Of a stretch of 64,000 bases of DNA, positions 47,902 through 57,057 are shown piece by piece; position 1 is the stretch's first letter, and the number at the start of each line of letters is the position of its first letter. Source of the DNA: Candidatus Giovannonibacteria bacterium (GTDB lineage Bacteria > Patescibacteriota > Minisyncoccia > UBA11713 > 2-01-FULL-45-33); assembly GCA_016432405.1 (NCBI GenBank), contig CP066687.1, positions 586,629-650,628 on the forward strand. Reading direction: 5' to 3'. A program made the translations under genes and the position numbers. The notes under the pieces are model-generated. The model saw nothing but the letters and a program-made list of their open reading frames with translations. It did no database searches and was not told the origin of the DNA.

Positions 47902-47923
47902 AAACTAGCCCTCCAATCTGAAT

Positions 47924-49141
47924 CTACCTTAGCATTTCTTCAAAGTATCTGTCAAGTCCTGTGGCTGAACAGCGGATTTGTTTGCCGGCATCGCGGGCGC
48001 GGACGGTGACAGTATCATCTTCCAAGGTCTGGTAGTCAATCGTCACGCACCAGGGCGTGCCGATTTCGTCTTGGCTGTAATAACGTTTGCCGATGTTACC
48101 GCGGTCGTCCCACACAATGGGAAATGAGAAGTGAGAAGTTAGAAGTTTGAGATTTTCGTAAACTTCGCGCGCTTTTTTGACCAAGTTTTCTTTGTTGGAA
48201 ACAAGAGGAAACACAGCAACTTTTATAGGGGCGAGTTTCGGCGGGAGTGAAAGCAGAACCCGCTCTCCGTCTTCGCGGTATACCGACAAAAGCACGGCAA
48301 ACAAAGTCCTGCCCAATCCGAAAGTCGGCTCAATCACGTGCGGGATAAATTTCTCTCCCGAAACGGGGTCGGTATAGCGCAAATCAACCCCGGAGTATTC
48401 CATATGTCTCTTTAGGTCGTAATCACAGCGATACGCAAGGCCGTAAAGCTCTTTTTTGCCGAAAGGCCAGTCAAATTCAAAGTCAACTGTGCGCTTGGAA
48501 TAATGCGCCCGTTCCCCCTCCGGCACATCAAGCTCGTGGACTTTTTCTTTATCAATTCCGACCTCTTCTATCCAAGCCCGCATTTCTTTCCGCCATTCCT
48601 CAAAATATTTTTCCCATTCCGGCTCTTTCACAAAATATTCAAACTCCATCAAATCAAACTCTCGGACTCTAAAAAGAAAATCGCGCGGCGCGATTTCGTT
48701 CCTGAAGGCCTTGCCGATCTGGGCAATACCAAAGGGCAATTCGGGGCGCATGGTATCCAAAACGTTTTTAAAATTAACGAACATCCCCTGCGCGATTTCA
48801 GGCCGCAGATATGCGGCCTTCTTTTCGGGTTGAACCGCTCCAATCTCGGTTTTAAACATCAAGTTAAAACGCTGGCCTTCGCCGAGCGGGTCAGAAAATC
48901 CTTCCAAATGCCCAGAGGCCTCCCAGACACGCTCCGGCATTAAGACGCTGGAGGCAAGTCCGAACATGTCTTTGCGCGAGCTGACAAAACGTTTCCACCA
49001 GAGCTCCTTGATGTTGTGCGCTAGTTCCGCGCCCAAAGGACCCAAATCCCAAGTGCCGGCAAAGCCCCCGTAAATCTCCGACCCCGGGAAAATAAATCCC
49101 CTTCTTTTTGCAAGCGAAACTATTTTTTCCAAATCGGCCAT
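47924..49141 (-). CDS. glyQS: glycyl-tRNA synthetase (class II, GlyQS type)
   Basis: N-terminus MADLEKIVSLAKRRGFIFPGSEIYGG characteristic of dimeric GlyRS; class II motifs. Confidence 0.8.
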   Translation of the reverse strand: MADLEKIVSLAKRRGFIFPGSEIYGGFAGTWDLGPLGAELAHNIKELWWKRFVSSRKDMFGLASSVLMPERVWEASGHLEGFSDPLGEGQRFNLMFKTEIGAVQPEKKAAYLRPEIAQGMFVNFKNVLDTMRPELPFGIAQIGKAFRNEIAPRDFLFRVREFDLMEFEYFVKEPEWEKYFEEWRKEMRAWIEEVGIDKEKVHELDVPEGERAHYSKRTVDFEFDWPFGKKELYGLAYRCDYDLKRHMEYSGVDLRYTDPVSGEKFIPHVIEPTFGLGRTLFAVLLSVYREDGERVLLSLPPKLAPIKVAVFPLVSNKENLVKKAREVYENLKLLTSHFSFPIVWDDRGNIGKRYYSQDEIGTPWCVTIDYQTLEDDTVTVRARDAGKQIRCSATGLDRYFEEMLR

Positions 49142-49150
49142 ACTCTGCGA

Positions 49151-51025
49151 TTATGGCACAACCCTTTTTTGATTTAAAGTGACATTCGGGTCGTCCGGCA
49201 AATCGGTGGTTATTTGCTCGTCCGAAGAAAACAAAATTTGGTTGGTGAACGTGTCCCTTCCGGAAGCCGAAACCTCGTTTATGATAACCGGAACCGTGTC
49301 CGCTTGGTTCGGCGAAGGCGTAAGGCCGACCTGAAAAGCAATCTGCGTCGCCGGGCGCAAAAATCCCGTGCCGGCCAACACTCTCCCCGCCTTCCAAATT
49401 ATTTCCCCGCTGGCTTTATCAAAAGACACATCCGCATCCCCCGGCAAAAGCGCGTTTTTGAAACTCATGTAAGGCGGCAGGGAGGACTTGACTACGACGT
49501 TGTCCAGGTCGTTCACCATGTTCGCCAAAGACCAAACTACGGTATAAGTGGTTTCCTCGCCGACTTTCGGCGGAAGAGGGCCGGTATTGGGCATCGGAGA
49601 GCTTGAGTAAAGCGCGCGCGAGATAATCTGCAGTTTTGAGGAAATTTTAACGTCGTAGGACGACTGGCCGGAAACGTCAACGCCCTCAAATCCGGGGACT
49701 TCCCCCGCGCCCGGCTTGAAAATCACGGTGATTTTTACGCTCGGCCGCGCCGAATCGCCGGAGAGCGGAAGCTGGCTTTTTATTTTGAAAGAAAAACTGA
49801 CGCTGTCTTCCTCTTCCGGAGCCAATACTTTAAATTTTTCATGCGTGGAAGCCGTCCACAAAACGCTCTTTGACGAATCGCGGTATGACCCGCCCTCAAC
49901 CCTTATTGACCCGATGTCAATCGGATTTCCAGCGCCTTCCATTTTCGCCTCCAAACTTGCGTTCTTCACCTCCGCGGGCAGATTGTTTTTTAATTTTAAA
50001 TCAATGGAAATCGTGTCGCCCGGGTAACTCACATAAGTATTCTGCCCATTCGCCAAAATGGCCGCTTCCATAAAAGGCGCGCGCAGAGTAACGGACTCCG
50101 AGGTCTCATCGTAAGGAAGAATCTGCTCGCCGTCGCCTTGTTGGAAACCCAAAACCGCCCTGAAAATTTTTGATTCCAAATTACTGCCCCTGATTATGCC
50201 TTTTATTTTAATAATTCCGGTCTGGGAGGGCTTCAGATCACCGACAACCCAAATATTTTTGTTTTTTGTCGGCGCAGGAGAAGCGGAAAGATACTCAAAG
50301 CCCTCCGGCAAAAAAACGCTCAAGAGAAGGTTCGGCACGGTCTCTTCCGATTGCGAGCCATAATTCACTTCCAGCTCAACTTGCTGGCCTATGCGCAAAT
50401 CCGGGGGAATTTTAAACGAAACCGCAACCGCAGAGCGCGCTATGGAAAACCTAAAGGCCGTGTCGGACGCAAAAACCGCGCTGCTCTCTTTGGGCCGATA
50501 TTCCAAGACGGCGGAAACTTCTTTGCTCTGGCCTCTGCCGCCGAAAACGTAGGCGTCAAAGCTCTCAAAAACGCTTTCCCCCGGGCGGAGCGGCCCCAGC
50601 GAACGGCGCTCCCGAAAAACGCCTTTGGGCGGCTGGCCGCTTATTGGCACTGCGCCCTCCGGGAAATTAAAAATCAAAGCCGCGTCTTCCAAAGCGGAAC
50701 TATTTTTATTGGTAATCCTCACTTGCCAGGTGATTTTGTCTCCACTTTTTATATCTTTGGCGCCCTCTATTTTTATCTCAACCCTTTCGGAATTAAAAAT
50801 CGCCGGCGAGCCGAATATAAAAAATAAAATTCCCAATAAGACCAAAATTGCAACAGCGGCCAGCGACCACAAAAACCACTTGCTCCTTTTGGCCTCCATG
50901 GCAGTTTCCCGCCAGAAAATTGTTTTTAATCTCTGCGGGCGCGCAAGCTCCGGAGGAACTATTCTCTCCCCGAAACTTTCTTTTTCTTTGTAAAGCCGTT
51001 TTTTTAATTCTTCAAGTGAGGCCAC
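49151..51025 (-). CDS. large membrane-anchored extracellular protein (repeated beta-sandwich-like segments)
   Basis: N-terminal TM anchor after ~45 aa; ~560 aa of repetitive beta-rich sequence; no recognised catalytic motif. Confidence 0.45.
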   Translation of the reverse strand: MASLEELKKRLYKEKESFGERIVPPELARPQRLKTIFWRETAMEAKRSKWFLWSLAAVAILVLLGILFFIFGSPAIFNSERVEIKIEGAKDIKSGDKITWQVRITNKNSSALEDAALIFNFPEGAVPISGQPPKGVFRERRSLGPLRPGESVFESFDAYVFGGRGQSKEVSAVLEYRPKESSAVFASDTAFRFSIARSAVAVSFKIPPDLRIGQQVELEVNYGSQSEETVPNLLLSVFLPEGFEYLSASPAPTKNKNIWVVGDLKPSQTGIIKIKGIIRGSNLESKIFRAVLGFQQGDGEQILPYDETSESVTLRAPFMEAAILANGQNTYVSYPGDTISIDLKLKNNLPAEVKNASLEAKMEGAGNPIDIGSIRVEGGSYRDSSKSVLWTASTHEKFKVLAPEEEDSVSFSFKIKSQLPLSGDSARPSVKITVIFKPGAGEVPGFEGVDVSGQSSYDVKISSKLQIISRALYSSSPMPNTGPLPPKVGEETTYTVVWSLANMVNDLDNVVVKSSLPPYMSFKNALLPGDADVSFDKASGEIIWKAGRVLAGTGFLRPATQIAFQVGLTPSPNQADTVPVIINEVSASGRDTFTNQILFSSDEQITTDLPDDPNVTLNQKRVVP

Positions 51026-51504
51026 AACTTTATTATACGCTCTTCAAATTCCGGTGGCAAAGTGCCGCCGTAGCCCTCATGTTTAAAAAAGTCGCGGAGA
51101 AAATTGAGCGCCTCAACCTCACTTTTTGATGTTTTAAAAAAATCCAGCAGAATAAAAAATAATTTCTCGTCCGAAGCCCCCGGAAAAATAACCACGTCAA
51201 TCACCTGTAAAATTCTGCCCATAACGGAAAGCTTGTCCGCGTCCGAAAACCAATCATTATATTTAGCGATAATCTCGGCGTCCATCAATGTCGGAATTCT
51301 TTCTCCATTTTTAACGAATTGCATGCGGATATGGTTTAAAGTATCCAAATGCGGATTCAGCTTTGAAGCGGTTTTCCGAGCTCCTTTCGCGAGCGCGTCC
51401 ATCTTGCCGAAATCGCGCGTTAAAACCCTCACCAAAAAATCCGCCTCTCCAAACGGCATTTTTTTAATAATCAATCCTTCAGTTTTAAAGTATTCGCTCG
51501 CCAT
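51004..51504 (-). CDS. recO: DNA repair protein RecO (short form)
   Basis: N-terminal OB-fold pattern EGLIIKKMPFGEADFLVRVLTRDFGKMDALAKGARK typical of RecO. Confidence 0.55.
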   Translation of the reverse strand: MASEYFKTEGLIIKKMPFGEADFLVRVLTRDFGKMDALAKGARKTASKLNPHLDTLNHIRMQFVKNGERIPTLMDAEIIAKYNDWFSDADKLSVMGRILQVIDVVIFPGASDEKLFFILLDFFKTSKSEVEALNFLRDFFKHEGYGGTLPPEFEERIIKLWPHLKN

Positions 51505-51517
51505 GCTACATTATTAA

Positions 51518-52168
51518 GTGTATATGAATAACGACTATCTCGTAAAACCAAAAAGGGCAAATGGGGCGGGAGTTGTGCTCATCCAGGAATGGTGGGGCGT
51601 GAACCAGCAGATAAAAGGCGTGGCCGACCGCCTGGCCGGCGAGGGCTACTTCGTATTGGCAGTTGACTTGTACGAAGGCAAAATCACGGAGAGGCCCGAG
51701 GAAGCCGAGGAAATGAAAAACGCCGTAAAAGACGAGTTCGCGCTCCGAAGAGTCGGCGAAGCCATAGAAAAGTTAAAATCGGAGGGCATCGCGCCGGCAA
51801 AAACCGCGGTGTGGGGATTTTGTTTTGGAGGGTCAGTTGCTTTCAAATCCGCGGCGGCGGACTTGGGCGCCGGGGCTTACGTAATTTACTACGGCAGCAT
51901 GGTTACCGACGACAAAGCGGTTTTGGCCAAAATCCAAAAACCAATCTTGGGAATCTTCGGCGGGCAGGACAAGGCCATCCCGCAGCTATTAGTGGAGAGC
52001 TTTCAAAAAAATCTAAACGAGCTCGGAAAAACAAATGAAATCTACGTTTATCCCGAAGCCGACCATGCGTTTTTCAACGAAGAGCGTCCAAAATACAATG
52101 CCGCCGCCTCTGCCGATTGCTGGGGCAAAACCCTTGCTTTCTTCAAAAAACACCTAAAGATATCTTAA
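51518..52168 (+). CDS. dienelactone hydrolase family protein
   Basis: alpha/beta hydrolase with nucleophile elbow GFCFGG and DLH-like layout. Confidence 0.7.
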   Translation: MYMNNDYLVKPKRANGAGVVLIQEWWGVNQQIKGVADRLAGEGYFVLAVDLYEGKITERPEEAEEMKNAVKDEFALRRVGEAIEKLKSEGIAPAKTAVWGFCFGGSVAFKSAAADLGAGAYVIYYGSMVTDDKAVLAKIQKPILGIFGGQDKAIPQLLVESFQKNLNELGKTNEIYVYPEADHAFFNEERPKYNAAASADCWGKTLAFFKKHLKIS

Positions 52169-52257
52169 GCTCCTGCGATTCATGCAGGGTGATTGATTTC
52201 AGATTCGTCTCTTTGGCTAAAGTTTTTTCGTTCTTTTTGGCGGCTTCTAAAATTTCT

Positions 52258-52506
52258 TTATTTTCTATAATGTTTAGTGATCTGGAAAATCTCTAATTCC
52301 TCATCTTCAATGAAATACAGCGCTCGATATTTTTTATCAATCCGAAAAGAATAAATGCCGCGATGCTTCGGCTCCATAAGTTCCGAATTAAGCGACGGAT
52401 GTTGAGGATTTATTAAAAACAAAGCAACGGCTTTTTGCCATTTCTTTTCAAGACGCCATTTTTTGATTCGCCGCAAGACGTGCTTTCCAAGTGGCCTAAG
52501 TCTCAT
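52258..52506 (-). CDS. type II toxin, RelE/ParE family
   Basis: Characteristic ...GIYSFRIDKKYRALYFIEDEELEIFQITKH C-terminal pattern. Confidence 0.65.
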   Translation of the reverse strand: MRLRPLGKHVLRRIKKWRLEKKWQKAVALFLINPQHPSLNSELMEPKHRGIYSFRIDKKYRALYFIEDEELEIFQITKHYRK

Positions 52507-52715
52507 TTTTTGGCTTTACTGGATTTTTCTAGTCCGCTTTTTAAGTCGCGCAGAAAAAGCTGGGAATATAGCCCGGTTTTCTTAAAATCTTCCACGATTT
52601 CGCTTATCGGTTCTGATTTAATTTTTTGAAAAAAAACGCCAGCAAGCTCTTCGTATGCTTGAGCTCTCTTTCGTAAAACATCGTATTCTAGTTTTGGGAT
52701 GGTAACAGTACTCAT
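52503..52715 (-). CDS. putative antitoxin (partner of RelE/ParE toxin)
   Basis: Start MSTVTIPKLEYDVL... overlaps toxin start by 4 nt; small acidic protein. Confidence 0.45.
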   Translation of the reverse strand: MSTVTIPKLEYDVLRKRAQAYEELAGVFFQKIKSEPISEIVEDFKKTGLYSQLFLRDLKSGLEKSSKAKK

Positions 52716-52753
52716 TGCCAAAAGGATAGCATAATATGACAGCGTTTCAAGTC

Positions 52754-52782
52754 TTGACAGATAAACTAATTGGGTGTATAAT
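52754..52782 (+). promoter_or_regulatory. consensus sigma-70 promoter TTGACA-17-TATAAT
   Basis: Perfect hexamers; leader shares ttgggtgtataatgg, ataggctcaaa and aaaggagg with the promoter/leader at 28101-28175. Confidence 0.5.
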
Positions 52783-52844
52783 GGAGCCAGGCACATTGGA
52801 ATAGGCGTAAATATAGGCTCAAATCAAAAAGGAGGGGGTTATTT

Positions 52845-53174
52845 ATGAAGAAGATTTTTGGCGTAATTCTTGGAGTTGTGATCAGTGCGGCAATCTACTT
52901 TAATATAGGCTACGCTGCCGCAAAACTCTGGGATAATGTTTGCGTAAATGGCGGCAAGGCCACAACCACAATGGAAAAAGTGATCACGATAGACGGCGAC
53001 TTGCTGTTGCAAAATTGTGATAACAACAGAGGGAATGCTGGGCATATGGACAACGTAAACTTTATCGCGCACACAATATTCTGGCCATTCTTTTCCGTTG
53101 TACTCCCATTGCTTGATTATGCAATCTATTACATTTTCTTCGGTGGCATGGTTAAGCTTATTGGATTGGGGTAA
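52845..53174 (+). CDS. hypothetical small membrane/secreted protein
   Basis: Strong RBS aaaaaggaggggg; N-terminal hydrophobic helix, Cys residues, C-terminal hydrophobic helix; hairpin terminator downstream. Confidence 0.45.
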   Translation: MKKIFGVILGVVISAAIYFNIGYAAAKLWDNVCVNGGKATTTMEKVITIDGDLLLQNCDNNRGNAGHMDNVNFIAHTIFWPFFSVVLPLLDYAIYYIFFGGMVKLIGLG

Positions 53175-53223
53175 TGACAGCATTTTTCTCAAGGGGCAGC
53201 GGAAATCAAACGCTCCCCTTTTT

Positions 53224-56200
53224 CTATTGCAGCGAAATTTTTGTTTCTTGAGATTCGGAAAATTGGAGAGACTTTAAGTTTGTTTCTTTAATTAAATCTT
53301 TTTCGTGTTTTTTGGCAATCTCTAAAGTTTCTCTGGGCAAGGAAATTTGGGCGGCAACTTTATCTTTTGGTTTAAGCCCCGCGGCCTTCCTTGCGGCTTG
53401 AATTTCGCGGATGAGGTCGCGGAGGATTCCTTCTTCGCGAAGTTCGGGGGTGATTTTGAGATCAAGCTCGAATGGAGGGGCATCTTGACCTCTGCCTTTT
53501 TCTAAAACAACTTCTTTAACATTGATTTCGTCTTTCAAAATTTTCACAAGTTCATCCCAATACTTCGGCGCTTTGCCGTCGTATTTAATTGAAAACCTTT
53601 GTAGTGGCTGGCGCACTCTTATATTTTCTTCCGCGCGTTTCGTTAATGCCGTAGACGCAAATGATCTTACAAAACTCATGCCGCTCAACAAATCCGTGTC
53701 TATTTTTTTATTTGAGGAAGGCCAATCCTCCAAATGCACGCTATTTTTATTCCCGAGCTCCATCCATATCTTTTCGGAAATAAACGGCGCGAAGGGCGCG
53801 AGGAGTTTTGAAACTTCACCCAAAAGATATGCCAAAACGGAGCTGGTTTCTCCGACGCTCGGCTTTGCCGAGGTCGGAGCCCCGACTCCTTCAGACGTCG
53901 GGGCTTTCATCACATCGCGAATTCTGCGGACATACCAGCGCGAGACATCTTCAACGATAAAATTTTCCAAATCACGCGCCGCGCCGACGATGTCGTAGGC
54001 GTCCAGTTTTTTTGTGACGATATTAATTGTTTCTTGGAGTTTGAGAGTGGCCCAGCGGTTAATCAATAACCCCACCCTCTCCCCCCCTCCCCTTCGTAAG
54101 GGGAGGGGGTTGGGGGAGAGGTTGCCTCCACCGCTCCTGCTGCCGCCAATTTTCTCGTAAAGTTTCCAAAATTGCAGCACGTTCCACAAAATCATGAAAA
54201 ATCTCCGCGAAGCGTCCTTGACGTCTTCATCTTTGAAAAATTTGGAATCCCACGGCTGGTTGATTGTAAAAAAATACCAGCGCGTCGCGTCCGCCCCGTA
54301 TTTTTCTATCAGCGCCATCGGGTCAACGACGTTCCCCAGCGACTTGGACATTTTCTTGCCATTTTTATCCAAAACATGCCCGAGCGAAATCGCGTTTTTA
54401 TACGGCGCACTTTTGCCCAAAAGAGCGCTTACGGCCAAAAGACCATAAAACCACCCCCGCGTCTGGTCTACCGCTTCAACTATATAATCAGCAGGGTAAT
54501 TTAATTTTTTAGTTTCAAACGGATAATGATTTTGCGCAAAAGGCATACTTCCGGAATCAAACCACGCGTCAATCACCTCCGGAATTCTCCGCATCTCGCC
54601 TCCGCATCCACATTTCAGTTTAACGTCGTCAATAAAGGGCTTATGTAAATCCAGAACTAAATTTTCGTCCCGCGGGAGCGCTGAAAAGTTAGGGCTTAAT
54701 TCAATAAACTCCGCGGTTTTTACAAACTGGGGGCGCTTTTCGCTTTCCAGAAGCGACTCCGTATTATTTTTGCCTTCCGCAGCCGCCCAAAGCATCCAAA
54801 TAGAATCCTCGTGGCTTATTATTAAAATAGTTTTATTTTTATACCTTGATTCAATCTCGGAAAACGCATCCCAAACCCTTTTTTTAACGTCCATAAACGA
54901 TTCCCCGCCCGGCGGAGCTTTTGTGAATTTATCCAACGGATTTTTATAATAAACGTGATATTTGGCAGGGTCAGTATCATCAAAAATCCCCCAATATGCT
55001 TCCCCGAACCGTGGGTCAATTTTGACATTTTCCTGACTCACCCCCAACTTTTCTCCAAGAATCCGCGCGGTTTCCTGCGCGCGCAAAAACGGCGAGGCGA
55101 AAATAATGTCTATCTTGATTTTTTTCTTGAGCATCTCATCTGCCGCCGCCCCAACTTGTTTTCTACCCCGCTCGGTGAGGCGGTAATGGTTTTTATTGAT
55201 GTCGCCATTGACAATGTTTTTTACATTGCTTTCTGCCTCGCCGTGTCTCATTACAAAATATCTGTTTCCGGAAGTCACTGCGCGTTTTTTTAATTCCTCA
55301 ATTGAGCCGACGGCTTCCCATTTTCCGCATCCGCCAGCTGGCGGACCGCACTTCCAAACCGGCAAGGGCGTTCCCCAAAACCGCTCGCGGGAAAAAGCCC
55401 AGTTCTTTTTTTCTTTCAGCCACTCGCCCATTCGCCCGTCTTTAATATGCGAAGGAAGCCAATTTATTTTTTGATTATTTCGCAAAAGCTTCGGCCTGAC
55501 GGCGTTTACATCCACCCACCAGGTTTTGCGCGCAAGGTACATCAGCGGATTTTTACATCGCCAGCAAAATGGATAATCATGTTCGTATGACTCGGTTTTA
55601 AAAAGAAGCCCGCGCGATTTTAAATCGTCAATTATCATCTTGTCCGCTTTTTTGAACCACAAATTATTCCACGGCTTTCCTGGAGTTTGCATAATGCCCT
55701 GTTCGCTTGTCGTAGCAAGAACAGGCAAATCATATTTTTTGGAGAGCGAAAAATCGTCGTCTCCGAAAGCCGGCGCTATATGCACTATTCCCGTTCCTTC
55801 CTCGGTTGAAACAAAATCTCCGGCAACAACACGGCATGGCGCCTTATTTGGATAAAGCGGTTCGTATTTTAGACCAACCAAGTCGGCTCCTTTGATTTTT
55901 TTAATAATTTTGTAATCTGCGCCGATGATTTTAATTCGCTCTTCGGCTAACACCAACTTCTCGCCTCTAATCTCTAACATCACATATTCAACTTTCGGAT
56001 TTACCGCCAAAGCAACGTTCCCCGGCAGAGTCCAGGGAGTTGTGGTCCAGACAAGAAAGTAAGAGTTTGGAAATTGGAAACCTGCCCGTCCGGCAGGCGG
56101 GTTGGAAATTGGAAATTTAACGTATACCGATTCTTCTTTTACTTCTTCATACCCCTGCGCAAGCTCATGTGAAGAAAGCGCTGTCCCGCAGCGCGCGCAC

Positions 56201-56709
56201 CAAGGAACAACTTTGTAGTCCTCGTACAAATACTTTTTTTGGGCAAATTCTTTGATAACCCACCAGAGAGATTCTACATAATTATTTTCATAAGTGATAT
56301 AAGGATGCGCCATGTCTATCCAAAAGCCCATCCGGGCAGTCAGCTTTTCCCAAAGTTCTTTGTATTTCCAAACCGACTCTCGGCATTTTTTATTGAAAGC
56401 GGCAACGCCGAATTTTTCTATGTCTTTTTTATTTTTCAGCCCCAAGGTTTTTTCCACTTCAACTTCAACAGGTAACCCGTGGGTGTCCCACCCCGCGCGG
56501 CGCGGCGCGAAAAAACCCTTCATGGTTTTGTATCTTAAAACTACATCCTTAAACGCGCGCGATTCAACGTGGTGCACGCCGGGAACGCCGTTGGCCGTCG
56601 GCGGCCCTTCAAAAAAAACGAAGTTTTTTTTACCCTTTCTTTTAGAAACGGACTTCTCAAAAATCTTATTTTTCTCCCAAAATTCCAAAATTTCCTTTTC
56701 ATCAAACAT
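53224..56709 (-). CDS. ileS: isoleucyl-tRNA synthetase (with inserted histidine-phosphatase domain)
   Basis: HIGH-type PTANGVPGVHH, WTTTPWTLP, KMSKSLGN; inserted domain carries FVMRHGEAESN and IISHEDS (RHG phosphatase signatures). Confidence 0.9.
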   Translation of the reverse strand: MFDEKEILEFWEKNKIFEKSVSKRKGKKNFVFFEGPPTANGVPGVHHVESRAFKDVVLRYKTMKGFFAPRRAGWDTHGLPVEVEVEKTLGLKNKKDIEKFGVAAFNKKCRESVWKYKELWEKLTARMGFWIDMAHPYITYENNYVESLWWVIKEFAQKKYLYEDYKVVPWCARCGTALSSHELAQGYEEVKEESVYVKFPISNPPAGRAGFQFPNSYFLVWTTTPWTLPGNVALAVNPKVEYVMLEIRGEKLVLAEERIKIIGADYKIIKKIKGADLVGLKYEPLYPNKAPCRVVAGDFVSTEEGTGIVHIAPAFGDDDFSLSKKYDLPVLATTSEQGIMQTPGKPWNNLWFKKADKMIIDDLKSRGLLFKTESYEHDYPFCWRCKNPLMYLARKTWWVDVNAVRPKLLRNNQKINWLPSHIKDGRMGEWLKEKKNWAFSRERFWGTPLPVWKCGPPAGGCGKWEAVGSIEELKKRAVTSGNRYFVMRHGEAESNVKNIVNGDINKNHYRLTERGRKQVGAAADEMLKKKIKIDIIFASPFLRAQETARILGEKLGVSQENVKIDPRFGEAYWGIFDDTDPAKYHVYYKNPLDKFTKAPPGGESFMDVKKRVWDAFSEIESRYKNKTILIISHEDSIWMLWAAAEGKNNTESLLESEKRPQFVKTAEFIELSPNFSALPRDENLVLDLHKPFIDDVKLKCGCGGEMRRIPEVIDAWFDSGSMPFAQNHYPFETKKLNYPADYIVEAVDQTRGWFYGLLAVSALLGKSAPYKNAISLGHVLDKNGKKMSKSLGNVVDPMALIEKYGADATRWYFFTINQPWDSKFFKDEDVKDASRRFFMILWNVLQFWKLYEKIGGSRSGGGNLSPNPLPLRRGGGERVGLLINRWATLKLQETINIVTKKLDAYDIVGAARDLENFIVEDVSRWYVRRIRDVMKAPTSEGVGAPTSAKPSVGETSSVLAYLLGEVSKLLAPFAPFISEKIWMELGNKNSVHLEDWPSSNKKIDTDLLSGMSFVRSFASTALTKRAEENIRVRQPLQRFSIKYDGKAPKYWDELVKILKDEINVKEVVLEKGRGQDAPPFELDLKITPELREEGILRDLIREIQAARKAAGLKPKDKVAAQISLPRETLEIAKKHEKDLIKETNLKSLQFSESQETKISLQ

Positions 56710-56730
56710 ACCAGGTAGTAGAACTTCGCG

Positions 56731-56994
56731 TTATGCTTTATAAAAATATTCTTTTAATCGACGCTTTAACATTCTAGCGCCAATATTGGTTTTTAGATAT
56801 TTTTCTCGACGCCCAGCATCAACCTTATTAAGACACGCCTCGTAATAAATAAGCCGCCACGGCCGAAATGGCTTGGTCGAAAAATTAAGTCCTCGATTAT
56901 GTTCATCCAACCTTTTCCTAAGGTCGTTCGTGTAACCTATGTACAACTTGCTATTTTTTATGCTTTCCAACACGTAAACATAGAACATAATCGG
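56731..56994 (-). CDS. GIY-YIG nuclease family protein (YhbQ-like)
   Basis: FYVYVLES...LYIGYTNDL...RLDEHN motifs; start likely MFYVYV inside the longer ORF. Confidence 0.7.
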   Translation of the reverse strand, partial: PIMFYVYVLESIKNSKLYIGYTNDLRKRLDEHNRGLNFSTKPFRPWRLIYYEACLNKVDAGRREKYLKTNIGARMLKRRLKEYFYKA

Positions 56995-57057
56995 ACGCGA
57001 AGTTTCACTACCTGGCATAAAAAAAGTATAACAAAAAAATAGCCGTTTCGGAAACGG

